DNA of 64,000 nt from Balanoglossus misakiensis (lineage: Eukaryota; Animalia; Hemichordata): contig CM082583.2 in assembly GCA_040954595.2 (NCBI GenBank), positions 7,190,849 to 7,254,848 on the forward strand, read 5' to 3'. The position numbers and the translations under genes are program-made. A model generated the notes under the pieces. It was not told where the DNA came from. It saw only the letters and a list, made by a program, of their open reading frames with translations, and ran no database searches. Within the stretch, counting starts at the first letter, position 1. The number at the start of each line of letters is the position of its first letter. Below are positions 13,306-27,100 of the stretch, piece by piece.

Positions 13306-15506
13306 ATGATTCGGATATCAGCATATGTCACTTTAATTCTTGTGGTTTGTACCATTACGCTTGTAAGTTGCCATGGACATGACCACGGTCATGACCATCA
13401 CGACCACCATCATCACCATCATGATCACGACCACCACCATCATGATCATGATCATGATCATGATCATCACCACCACGATCATCATCATCACCATGAGGAA
13501 ATCGCCTGCGGTGGCTCCAGCAAGTATTCAGCTGCCTGCAATCAACCAGTGCTTACAGACACCGAGGTCGTAGACTCACATGAAGTCGTAATCTCGGCCG
13601 AAGAAGGTCTGAACCCAGTCACAAAGACTGTGGACCCAGTGGCCCTCGAAGAGAACTCCAACGATGACGCATCTGAACTATCTCGGGACGAGATGTTTGC
13701 TCGTGGTCACATGAAGCCCTTTGGAGAGCACCGCCCACCCGACGGCACGGTGGACGAATTCTCTTACATGATCGCCCCGGAGGACTTTTACCAGCACTTT
13801 GTATCGAAACACCGACCCGTGCTTTTCAGAGGCATGGCCAAACATTGGCCCGCCTACAAACTTTGGACCGATTCGTACCTGCGTGAAAAGTATGGCGACT
13901 TGGAATTCAAGATGGAGACGAAAGACGATGACAAGAAGGTTGTTCTCCCGGAGAGAAAACTCCGCAACTTCTTGGACGAGTATGCAACAGGTAATTTATA
14001 CTTAGTTGACGAAGTGGCGCCGGAAATGAGAGAAGAAGTCGGAATGCCGCTGTGTTTGCGATGCGAAGAAATCAGCACCAAATTTTTTGTTTCCTATTTC
14101 TGGATGAGTAGCGGCGGGACAAATTCCTCTGTGCACGAAGACACGGATGAGAATCTTCTCTGCGTCATCCGGGGATCGAAGAGAGCCATCCTGATTTCTC
14201 CCATCTACTCACGTGATCTGTATGCTGATGATGCAGAATTTTTAGGTGAGTTTAAATTAGGGTATTAAGTTGACTTTTCAAGCAATGGTTAGGTATTCCT
14301 TTATTGAAAAAAGATGTGTCACTCCTTTTGAAAAAGTTTGTCATTCAATTCAACGATATCTGATATTTATTTCTGTAGGTTTTTCTCCGGTACCAGCTGA
14401 CAAAGTTGATTTGAATAAGTACCCAAGAGTGATGAATGTAAGGTACACTGTAGCAGATATGAAGGAGGGTGATATGCTGTACTTACCACAGATGTGGTGG
14501 CACCAGGTAAGTGTATTATAACGTTCAAGTCTCTAAAGTTAACTTAGTAAATGCAGACAAAATTTGCTGAAAAACACCAGATTGATTGTAAACAATTGTC
14601 TTTCCAGATAAATTCGGGGGAAGGCAGGCAACAGGCAGTGGCAATGTGGTGGAAATCTAAACCATGGTGGAAGAGTTCTGAAAAGATTCCTGCAGTGCCA
14701 AGAGATCCTGACCAGGCCAAACAAGGTATTAATATGTACCGCACTGTTAGTTCTGATTTGTTGGTGAAAAACAAAGGCTTTTTGTATATGTGTGTGTGCA
14801 CATGTATGTATAACGTACCTTGGTATGAGTGTTTTTAGTGCCAAAGAGTAAAGAAAAGTACTTTACATCAAAGATCAGAAGTGAAAAATAAGCATAATAT
14901 TGTTTTATTCACTGTTTTTTTTTTTCAGATTTCGGGAGTCCAGAGTTTAAATTTTCCTTTGCAAGCATTTTGTCCTACTATGAGAGGTGGATTGAAAACA
15001 CCAGTCATCTGATACCAAGGCCAAAGTGTCGATCACAGTTCAAGACTATGGCTGATTATCATTTTGAGTCGGATAATTATGAAACGGAACCAAATGTTGG
15101 TGTGATGGAAGATGAGGTAAGATAACCCTCTATATATGTATTAGTATTTCAAACTTGTGCGGAGGGCAACTGATAAAAACAACAGAAACTGCATCATTGC
15201 TCTGTAGAGAGCGCACTTTTCTAGGAGAAAACACAAGAAGTCTGAAATCACGACAAGAGTTAATTTTCAATTCTTGTTCAATTTCAGGATGAACACATTG
15301 ATTTGCACTGCGAATTTAACCAGGAAAATCCCGACAATCCTTGTAAATGGTGCAATGAAGATGAAAAAGAAGACGAGTGCGTACGACACATGTTGGACTA
15401 TTGTTCCAAGTACGATGACAGGGGCTGCGTTGTCATGCTTCCACAAGTGATGAACCGACTGTCTCAGTCGGAATTTCAGCAGTTTGTTCAGAGTAGTGAT
15501 CCTTGA
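13306..15506 (+). CDS. Secreted/ER-luminal JmjC (cupin-like Fe(II)/2-oxoglutarate) oxygenase with His-rich N-terminus and Cys-rich C-terminus, 530 aa, 5 exons
   Basis: Exons 13306-14245, 14379-14506, 14608-14725, 14929-15116, 15288-15506 (1593 nt, in phase). Hydrophobic signal peptide aa 1-22; RPVLFRGMAKHWPAYKLWTDSYL; iron-binding H-x-D (SVHEDTDENLLCVIRGSK) and distal His (GDMLYLPQMWWHQI), typical of JMJD7/KDM8/TYW5-type JmjC-only proteins. Confidence 0.9.
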
Positions 15507-16854
15507 CTGTCATATGATTGATGACTGACAAAGTGGTGATGGTGAAATGATTGAAAGCTGTCAACTGGTATATCAACCATATGACAATAAAGCTGTCAAC
15601 ATCTATGATATCAAAGTGATTGATGGGTATTATTTGTGGGAGGTTGCACATTTTTCTCAAAGTTGCTGAAATCAGCCATTTTTTTCAAAGAAGTCTTTGT
15701 CGAAATGAAATTAAAAATTTTTGAAAACTAGCCTTTGGTGTGGCAAGGGTCATGTAGGTCATCTGTGGGGTCACCCTAGATGTCTGAAAATTGGACTTTG
15801 ACACAAGACTCATATCAACGTTTTTACACTCACATAGCACCCAGTTCCACAATAGGAATGAAGAAAAAACACTTGCAATAAGACTTTATATTTAGACATC
15901 CATGATTTTAATATACTGGCACATACTCTTTACAGCCTTTACACTTTTATACATTCCTAAGAAGACAATGAATTCATTTTTTTTTGTATGTACTCACAAT
16001 GGCAATAAATAAATCACATTTTTTTCAGGAAACTTCCCCAATCAGAACAGCCACAACACCCACTATTTTTTTTTACTTATGTGTACATCTTCAGACTAAT
16101 TAAAATTCAAAAACAAACATTCCTGTTCAGTCATTAGTGGATCAGAATTCCTCCATTAAAATTTCTAAAGACAAAACCTAATGCCTTGTTTGTTTGTTTC
16201 CTTCTGTAAACTGCACTGGGAGCTAAATGGAAAGCAAAGACTGCAACCTGAATACAAACATGAGCTGTTCTTGCATGAAAAGGCTATTTTTATAACCCCA
16301 GATGGAATCCTGGTATTTTTGGTAGTACTAAGATTTTGCTGTCAAAATTTCCATTTAATTTTTTATGTAGGAATGTGGGGTGCCAATGGCCTTTCAGAAA
16401 AGAATTTTGAGTTAAGGTTACTTGCTACAGAGTTTTTGAATCAAATTGCTAGAATCGCACCTATAAAAATACCAGGATGTAAAGGTCATGTAGGGGTCAT
16501 GGAAATGACATACCAGAACGATTGTAGCTGAAAGAAGCCGTGTTGGTAAGTGGGAGCAACCAAGCAGATGAGAACTAAGAATTGCACGATCTCATGTCAT
16601 AAAGGACAAAATCAAAATATCATCTAATACTGCCACTAAAATGAAATGTAAATCTCTTGAAAGTGACAAATACTTGCATCCCAACTGCAACAGATAAATC
16701 ATAAAAGAAACTTACTTTTTTTTCTTACAAAATCACGGCACACTAAATTGAAGGGATGACATCAAAGTCTAAGTACAATGCCTATTCTGAATCAGGAATT
16801 TTCAATAAGACACTTTCATATGCAGGAGGCATTAACACCTGGGGTGAATGTATT

Positions 16855-16958
16855 CTAACCCTTTCACCACAGTGGTTTGGTCCATATCTATTTGTTTTCT
16901 GGTAAAATTGGACCTCTACAGAGGAAAATGAGGGGTGGGGAGGTGGTGAAAGGGTTAA
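16855..16958. mobile_element. Short MITE-like element, piggyBac-type ends (TTAA-CCC...GGG-TTAA), copy 1
   Basis: Terminal inverted repeat TAACCCTTTCACCAC...GTGGTGAAAGGGTTAA; internal CAGTGGTTTGGTCC shared with copies at 19686 and 56266. Confidence 0.6.
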
Positions 16959-18149
16959 GGTAAGATCATGATTAGCTGAGATACCCTATGATACAGATTA
17001 GTTTTAATGCTTATCACACTAAAGCCAGTATTGTTCGAAATGGATAATCTTGAAAATAAAATGATACTCATGACAATACATGGTTGCAATGCAGTCAAGC
17101 TAACAGCACTTGGCAGTATTTTTTTCTGACTGGAAAAAAAGAAGAAAACATGCTTTGAAATAATAGTTAAATTGTTTCACAATATTTACCCAGCATTTCA
17201 CCATTCTGAGGGCTGTTAATACCAGCCAGCCAAAAATCTGAATCTATATTCTATATCCATGAACACTGCCAATTTTAACCAAGGATTGTATGAAGCCAGG
17301 CGAAGGAAGCAGGATTGAGATTGGAGAATGTTGTGAGCAAACCTTGATGTTATTTCCTAATATCAAGGTCAATCATTAAATTGTGATTGTTTGGCAAGTA
17401 ACTTTGGAAAATATATGGATTACTTCTTTTTAAATGGCACTAAGATGAGGTAAAATTGTACTGAAGTGCTGTGAATATAACAAAAAAAGGAGATATTTCA
17501 GGCTAAGGAAGGGATCCAATTAAATACAAGAAGCATATCGGCAAAATTTCATTGCTTTCAATGAACTTTCTGAAGTCATGTTTGTGTTACAGGACTGGCT
17601 GTAGGGTTCACTTCTTAGTATTGAGACATGAAGCTAAGATCAAGTCCGTTGTTGACCGGCGAATTCATAACTCACAAAATCTCAAGCAGCTTTTCAAGTT
17701 GGCCAGAAAGATTTTATTTTAAAAGTACAGCAAGCCAAACCAACATGAGACCACACAAATTACCTCAAAGACAAGAACTAGTCACTATCAGTTGGCAAAA
17801 CAAAATGTTCATATGTCGAAGAGGATGCATGATTAGAGTGAAGGTACATGCACAACAACAACCACATGGACAGTTATCATCTATTTACATCTTGCAATAC
17901 TACAGACAATCAGAACAACAAGATACGGTAAGGAAGCCTTTGGGTTTTTATTCCACGTTGAGAACCAGATGGGATGCGAGGGTGGGTACAGGATCTTGCG
18001 GATCAAGCATTACATCATCCACTGAATACGGAACCCAATTGCGATTCCACTAAGATACCAGGACGTACATGCATCTCTGCATGGTGTGTATATCTAACCC
18101 TATCCCCCAGGGTTTCCTACCCCGAAACACACACAATTCGTTGCCGTGA

Positions 18150-21100
18150 TCACTTCACCCTTTTCAGGGAATTTTTTAAATCTTTCACAAGCATATTGCC
18201 TATCACCATTTTTTCACAGTTCACAGTGATGACTGCTGCTTCTCCGCTCTCGGTTGCCTTGATGGTGATCAGACACGGTGACAACCCAGACGACGTGCGA
18301 CCGGCAAACCTGTATGTTCTGCTCTCAATGTCGGTGACTGGAGACACCTGCACATTGGCAACTTCAGCCACACATTCATAGATCTTCTTGGTTTCGTTGT
18401 TCTCTGCCGGAATATCCACTTTTCCTGTATTTTCATTCATTCCTCGCAATTTGCCTGGGGATACAAAATGTTGAGTGCATTAGGAAAAGTGGCAGGGATT
18501 CATAATGTCGGGGCTCTTTCTGAATTGGTTGAAGAAGGCCAAGGTTTGTGTTGTGAGGTGACAGTACTTACTCTGCTTAGCAAGGAAGTCGTTTTCACTC
18601 AAAGAAATTGGTTGAAGAAGCTCACCAACAGGGGCATTGATTGTCACATTGAATTTTCGACTTTCCGTGCTGAAAGACACAGAAAACAAGGAGTGTTAAA
18701 CATTGGAAAGATCAGAGAGATGTTCATTAAATTAACCAATGGGCTGTCAACCCAAGCAGTGTCTGCATTATCATCTGTGATCGAGGTGACTCACCAGATT
18801 TCGAAGAGAGCTGGCTGTGTGGTATCACAGAAATCCACCCCCATGGAGGTGTTGACCGACTGGCCCACTGCTAAGGACTGCACTTCCTGGAATTCGTGGA
18901 TCTTCATGTTGCCCTGCAGTTTGCTCTCGCCCATCTTGATGGACTTGATTGCGGCGTCACTGGTGTTGGTAAATGTCAACTCGATTGCAACCATGCTGGT
19001 GGAGAAGATGCAGGTGCCCCTGGTGAACCTGTACACGGCACTCAGACCAAGACCTTGCATCCTGTTCAGCAACTCGTGCGTCTTTGTGGGTGACTTCATG
19101 GCGGACGTAATCTGTGACACACAAAAGATTTATATGTGACCAAACTTACACCAGGCTCATTGCATCCCATTTTCAAAGGGTTTGTTCACACATGTTTTTA
19201 TTGGCTGACTACTCTTGATATTATCCCATGGGTTAGATGCAACATCATCTAATTTCAAAGACCCTGCTCCTACTCCTCAGAAATCAACAACAAACTTTAA
19301 CAGTACATTCTGATGACATTAATATTAAATTTTGGTACTGGTATTCATTCTTTCCTTATCTGTTTTCTAAACAAATCGAATACTGCAACATCAAGACAGG
19401 CAAACCAATGTAGACTCAGATTACTACAAATTAGCTATGAGAACAAAGGTTTCACTACGGGACACAGCTGTTTGCTGATACTTACAGAAATGTTGCTCCC
19501 TTCTGACAGTGACAAGCCTTCCAGATCACCTGCTGATGTTGGTACCAAGACATTGGGAGTCCCAGCTACATGGTTACTCACATTACTGGCTTCAGGTCCA
19601 ACTGATGGGCAGAAAAAACACACCACAATTTTAACTTGCTTTAGATCGAACACTTGCCTTTCGATTGTAAGGAATACTGTCGGTGTTAACCCTTTCATCA
19701 CAGTGGTTTGGTCCAACTCTATTGTTTACAATGACAATGTTGGATCTCTCTACATGGTAATGGGGTGAAAGGGTTTAACTCATCTTTTTCACTGTTAATC
19801 ATCATAAAGACAGACACATTGAAAGCATACTCACTGTCATCAAAATCTAGAAGTTGTACATCATTTTTGGGTTTTGCTGAAGAGGATTTGTGTGTCTTCT
19901 TGACATCCTTCTTGGGTGATTTTGAAATCTGCCAGAGAAAAGGACAAAATATATTGTATAATAATGACTCTGTATAACACCTGCAACTCATGGAAGAATG
20001 ATGTTTTTCCTGGCACACACCACATGTCACTGTAGTGTTATTCTGACATCAACACAGATATCCAGCAAAATGAAGCTGATTGACAGAAATTACCTTTTTG
20101 GGTTTTGTTTTAATATTTTCATCTTCACTGTCTGAGTCTTCTTCCTCACTGCTGTCGCTGCTTGATTCTGTCTCACTGGATGACTCTTCGGATGACGATT
20201 CCGATTCCGAATTGGATTCCTCGCTGGCGGATTTCGCCTTCTTCTTGGGCTTCTTCGTTTCTTCTTCGCTTTCACTCTCATCAGACGAGGATGAAGACTC
20301 GCTGTCCGATTCATCATCAGACGACGAGGAAGAGCTGCTACTCCCTGAATCACTTCCTGCGAGTTTTGAAAAAAATTCAAAAAAGGATCTGTTAATGTCA
20401 GACACAGTCCCATCAAGTTATTTTTGAAATGACAAGCCAGACCTTCTAGTCACTCCGTGAGATAACAATATGGTTAAGCTTACGGGGCAAATAAATATAT
20501 TGTGATGTCAACTGATTTGATCTACTGCTTCAAAAATTCAAACTTCACAGATTCTTTGAACGGGAGAGAGATGTCGTGACGCTGCTTACCAGAACTGCTT
20601 TCTTCAGCCTCACTACTAGAATAAAATTTTTCCGGTTTACTTTTCTTCTTCTTTGCAAGAGTCTTGGGTTCATCCCATGGGGTTGGCATCTGGGGGATCA
20701 ACATACACGCATGAATAATGCATTTGCTATTATGAAACACTAATCTCATTTGAATGTATTGAAGCCCAGTATGTTCGCAGAGACAAGAATAAGCATTTTA
20801 AACGACACACACATACTGATGAGTAAAATGAACTGAACCATACCTCTACATTTCTGACAGATGGGTCCGGTGCTTCCTCAGGGAAATCGGGCAGTTCATT
20901 ATAACCTGTTGTCTTTGTGTTAATTATGTGTGATAATGACCCTAGCTGGAATTGATCGCGATCTGCAAGGCAAGGAGCAAACTGTAGTAGGTACGCAAAA
21001 ACACTAAAAACATAGCAAAGTTTACTAATGGAGATTTAACTCATGAACTGACATGGCTATCATGCCACATCACATACTAGGGTTATAACAAAGTTCCCCT

Positions 21101-24100
21101 TACCTTTGAAAACTGATTCTAAGACTGGTGCTGGCTTGGATGACAGGAACACTTTCTTGGCGTGCTTGCTGAGAGCACCTCCTTTCTCGTTTGGAAAGAG
21201 GAGCTGTCGCTGGAACCTGGCCCTGTCCCGGATGTCATAATTCTGATCGTACTTTGCAAGATTTAACACATACTGACATAGAAGTTTTGTCTGCAGAGGG
21301 AATTGAAATATTCTTGTTGTATTAATACAATATGCTATTCAATACGGTAAAGAAATTCACATCAGTGCACCGAAGCCACTTGTTTGAACCATATAACTGC
21401 AAATGTGTGTTGACAAAAGAACAGTTGAGAAAACATTACAAAAAAACATCAGTATTGATTCTACTGGTCATTTTTGTGCAAGTTGAGAGAATACAATGTA
21501 GCTAACCTGTTTGGAATTTGTTAAGTATAGTTTAGCTCCTAGATTCAGAATTTGTAATTTGACAATGTCTTCCTCAGTGATGAATGTCTTGGCCATCTTA
21601 CGGAGTACATCCGGTGCAATCTTGGGCACTCTGTCTGAATACTCTCCAATCAACCACAGAATACTGGCCCTGGCCATGGGAACCTATATTTATACAACAA
21701 TGGCAGTGTGAGAACACAGTTATGCCAATGCCTTGACAAGATCTAAACACACACACACATTTACCAATACTTACAGTGATAGTGTCAGTGAGCCTCGCTA
21801 GATGTCTGATAATTTCTTTATGTTCCGTAGGATTCATTTGCAACAGTTTCTTCATAACCACAACACTCTCACCAACAACAGACTCTGCAAAATGATACAC
21901 GTCAGTGTAAGTAATAATCAAGTCATCAAATGGATGCGATTTTCTTTTCTTTTTTGTCAACTTAATATTCTACACGTCAGGGTATATGCCACATTTGTTT
22001 CCCTTTCTTACCATCTCTGTTTGACAAAAGTCCCATCAGACCATTCAGACACGTATCTGTGACCTCAGATATATTGCTGGCACATCGACCGATGGCTTGG
22101 ATGGTTGCTGCCACAAAATTCTTATCCGAGCTGGTAACATAAGTCTGCAAAGTCAACAAGAACCAAAAGTGAAACACTGAAACCAACTCTTTCTGTTCCT
22201 CCTTCCCGCAATATTGGTACGGTCGTTGAATAAAGAAACGTGGCAGTCATGTCCCATTTCACAGAAAACCTCCATGCATGCAACTTGCTGCAAAGCATCC
22301 GTGTCTTACCTGAAACTCTCGGAGGATGGTAGATATGCTAGTCTCACTGGCCAAGTTGGTCAGAATCTCCAGCTTCAGTAACCGGATGTGTGTGGGATCA
22401 TTCGATCTGACAAAGAAACTCTTCAGAAACGGTTCAAACATGCCCCTCCTCTTGGCACTCATGGTGGCTACGTTACTAAGTACTATAGACTGCACTTCCC
22501 TGTGAAAACAAAAATAAAAGTAGGATCAAGTTTGCTTCAGTATATCAAACCAAGAGAGTTTACCACTAAATTTGAGTTGGAACATTTACACGTATGAACT
22601 GTTCTTTGTGAACAAGCTGGCATTTACTTGCATCTAATTGTTAATATTTCCAAGAAAACTTTTGCAATTGACTTTCTTACCTATGGCTTCTCAGTAACCT
22701 CACAAGAGGCTTTGCAACAATACCGACTTCACTTTTAGGAGCTATGTGATGGTAGAGTTGGGCCACTCCCATGACAACCTGAAACAATGCAAATGAAAGA
22801 GAGTCACAGAGGAGAACATCAAAGTACAGGTGGTGGATCAGACTGAGGTACATGTAACATGTATAATAGTCAATCAGAGTTCACACAGACTGACCACAAA
22901 CTATGATTCACAAAACGAAACATTCCCCCTGCCTTGGTACTTACAGAAGCATTTCTACTTTGCAGGAGAGGTTTGCTATTTCTAAGTAATAGCCTGTGAT
23001 CGTGATCCATAATGTACGGTTTCTTCTCTGGGAGATTGGAGGCCTCTTTGCTTTCTTTATCGCTGTCATCCTCTGAACCGTAAAAATTCTCTGGTGTATC
23101 TTCAGCTATGTAGTCCTGCAGTGTTGAAGGACAGAAACTCATTGCAAACAAGGCTTTGGCTGAAGATGCTAAATATACTTTGTGTTTTACTGTTAATGAG
23201 TAGTAAACAGAAAATCAAAACAGTGGACGTCACATTTAAGTAATCTATACGTACCCCTTGGTTTGGATCCAAAAATTGTGTTCTGGCGTACCTCGTTAGC
23301 ATATTAATAATGATCACCTGGCCCCACTCCTCTACATCTATCAGCAGATTGCACAGTTTGCGATAATGCTTGTGGATAAGGTCAATGCGCTCGGGACACA
23401 CCTCCTCAAAGGCATAGACAACGCTTCCTGCGACAAGCTGTAATGATGGAAATAATCATCAGTCAGATGCAATGATGAATACTGCATTAAATATTCCTCT
23501 TTTGATAACTGCTGATAGTAATGATGATGGTGGTGGTAAAAGGAGTCAGACAATTTTTAGGGATGGAGGACTTACTGTAGTTTTGTCCGATAGTAACTTC
23601 TCTATTACTTCAATCAACTGCTCCTTCTGTTCTGGGTCAAGACTAAAGAGGTCAAGAAAAGACAGGTTCAAAGGTGAGAGGTCATATGGAGAGGTGAATT
23701 ATGTGACACATTTGGAAGCGATTTGAATTGAGCAAAATCGGAGGTGATTTTGTTTCTGAACACAAGCATAGTATAAAACACCAATTTTCTCTCTTTTAAT
23801 TAATACCAACACGCATACAAGGCATAAGAAAGCAAGTATATGAATTTCAATTTTTTCAGTTTACTATGATAGAACCCGGTTGATGTACCTGTAAAGTTTT
23901 GGTATGGCATGTGCCGCGGTCTTCCTGACATAGGGTGACATGTCGTTGACAGCTTCCTTGATAGCTAGCATCATGATAGGCACAATGACTGGAACTCTGA
24001 TGCTGGACAGCACTCGCAGGGCTGAAGCTCTGATCAGCTGGTTGGGATCCTGGTAAACGAGACAGAATATTGTTACAGGAATAGGAACTGGAAGTATGGT

Positions 24101-27100
24101 GGCAAATCTCCAGTATGTTGAGATTATCCTTGGTAAGATGCTTAATAAAAAATTACACCCATAAACATACTCAACTCACCAAGAATAACATAGACAAACA
24201 AGCATAATTAGCATTTTTTAGATTTAAAGGTGAAAAATTAAATTTTCCAATAGCAATTGCACAACAATTTGGTCAAAAGTTTTTTTTTTCAGTTTCAACT
24301 TTTCAAGGATTTTCCATGAGTAAATTTATTTTTACTAGGCTTTCAAGGACATTCTGGGGTGGTTTCAAATTCCTGGTCTTTCCAGGATTCTCCGGGTGAG
24401 TACAAACCATGGAAAGAAAATGTACGTCTACTTCCAGTGATCAGAATTTTACATATAAAAGATGGGACTGGTAACAGAGTAAAATAATATCCATATTTCA
24501 ATTGGACTTAGCAGAAGGCAATATAATAAAGAATTGCTTTTCAATTCCAGTAGTGAACAGTTGAGAATAGCCGCCACGTGTCAACTGTGGCATTAACGTC
24601 TGCTGATGCCAAGAAGGTCACATCACTTTCGTTCTTATCAACACAATATACTGAACCTACAAAGTAGATATGTTTATATCCAACACAGAGCTTTGGTTTA
24701 ACTTTACTGGTGGTTTTTATCTTTTCACCGCACTAAAACAGAGACAGAATTTATTCACACAAAACTGGGTCTGAAATAAATAGAGGGATTACATGTCTAC
24801 AATGAGACGCATGCTGGAATGTATTACAGTGTATATGAACATCAAAATCATGCTTTGCAATATGTGACACTGCCTTTGTTCCTTTTGGAAATAATGAAGG
24901 TCAGCGTGGTGCCTGATGTATGGTTGGAGGGGTTTAATAGATTACCTGAGTACCAGTATAATATGGTGGAATGTGAAAATGTTTAACAGTGTGAAAATAC
25001 ACAATGTTCATATTCGAAATGGTTGGTTTAATAGTGTTTAATCTCAGTGACCATACGGTTATTTTGATAGCAGTGTAACTACTTGGCATGGCACTTTGGT
25101 ACACACTGTGCACTTAGAGGAAGTGTCAACGCTCGGACATCATTGCATCTTTTTTACATGAAATGTTGATTAAAAACTTATTGACAGAAGTTGTAAATCT
25201 ACAATATTCTTTTCCATACCTTGAGACCTTTCTGGAAAGTACTTATGGACAGCAAAGCCAAATCTTGCTGCTCTTCCGCATATCTCACCAGGTAGACATA
25301 GACCAGCTTCTTGATCTGAAAGAAATCAATTTTTACACTTGATTAGAGATCATGTTATTCATTTATTTATACACAGCAATATTGAATTTTTTAAGTTGTA
25401 GTCTATGAACATGGCTGGTGCCGGGAAAGCCAACAGAAACAAGAAGTGAAACAGGCACCTATGATATCATTATGAGTTAATATCAGATAGTTTATACAGC
25501 AGCCTACATCCACTATCAGCAGCAGAAACGCAGAGTTAAGACAGGCACCTTCATTCATACAAATAAATAAGAACATCTATACAATCAAAAAAGCTTACTT
25601 CTATATTTTTAGATACAACATTCTTGACAATAGGAGCAAACAGATCTGAGGCATCTTTTCCCTTGGCCACCATCTGTAATAAATGAAGAAAACATCACAT
25701 TACAAACTACAAAATCCCTAGAAAATTCAAATAAAATATGACCAAAAGAGTAGACAGATTTTTAGGCATATTGATTAATAGAGGTTTATATATCAACTTT
25801 ATTTTTGATTTGACCCATTTTGGTGAATTTACTTTCAACTGTTATCTTTGTTATACGAACCACTTAAATTCACAGTAGGAATATCGTATCCCACATGTTG
25901 TGTTATTGTTGCATGTCACACAAATAACACAACTGACAATCAATGAATCATCCTGGAAACAGTTGTTATCAAAATCTTTCTCTGAGCTTTACATAGCACA
26001 GTGGTACCAGGGTCAGACTTTCCATATTCGCCTCGTACCAACCAATCTAATTTACAGAAAACCTGACAAAAAAGTCACCATATGATGTACATGTATTAGA
26101 CGATTTTTCCCCAATTCTGATAAAACTTCAATAACTGAATAGTCATGCTGTGGACACATTTACATATAATTTGTTCCATGTTTCAATTGAAATGTAACAC
26201 TTGCCAATACCTGACACAATACTCGCTTTCACAACTCGTTATTATTCAAAGGAATCACAGACCACTCATTCAGTGAGTGGAATGTAATACCATTATCCAC
26301 CACCATAAACCAATCCACTGAGTGAAATCAGCAATTAAAATTTTTTACACATGAAGTAAGATGAAACACGGAATTTGAAATATTGATTGCGTTACCTTAT
26401 CATGCGTACACAGGGTTAAGTGATACTGCAAACTATGGTCAGTTTCTATGTGTGTAAGAGTGGTGTGTCAATTTACACAGTTGCTATATAACACACAGCA
26501 GAGAACATAGCAATCTTAACTCATTTTTCTTTTCTCAGATTTACATCAACTGGCAAGTAACACCAACTGGTATTATGAGTTAATCAAAACATACCCAACC
26601 ACTATACATCATTGTAGTGTCAAAAATTACAAATGTGGGCTCAATTCAACATTTACTGACTAGAGAATAAATCATGCAGGCTCCGGCAAGTGCGAGAGGA
26701 TCTGAATCCAGTTGAAAAAGTTTTGTAGTCAGTACTTGTCTATGACAAGACCCCCAATCTTCATCTATTTTTCTTGCTCAGTGAACACCACATTTCGAGT
26801 TCAGGATTCACAGAGTGAGAAATCACACAGATAAATTACAGATTACAGAATTTCCTGCACTGAGCCCATGGCCACTCTAAATTAAATCCACACACTCCGT
26901 TGCAAGAAAATACATCACTATATATTTAAATGTTTCAGTGCTGAACACACATTTAAGTCAGAATAACAATTTCCTATATAATTATAAACCAGGGAAGGAC
27001 TATATCAGGAAAATTCTAAATTAGGAGTGAGAATGCCATATGTCACTGCAGACACTGTCACACACAATATCTTGCATTGTTAAACCAATTGTAAAATCCT

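Noticed and set aside
18468-20427. Plus-strand ORFs (223, 151 and 115 aa)
   Set aside because: Antisense shadows of AP3B exons and its Ser/Glu-rich hinge.
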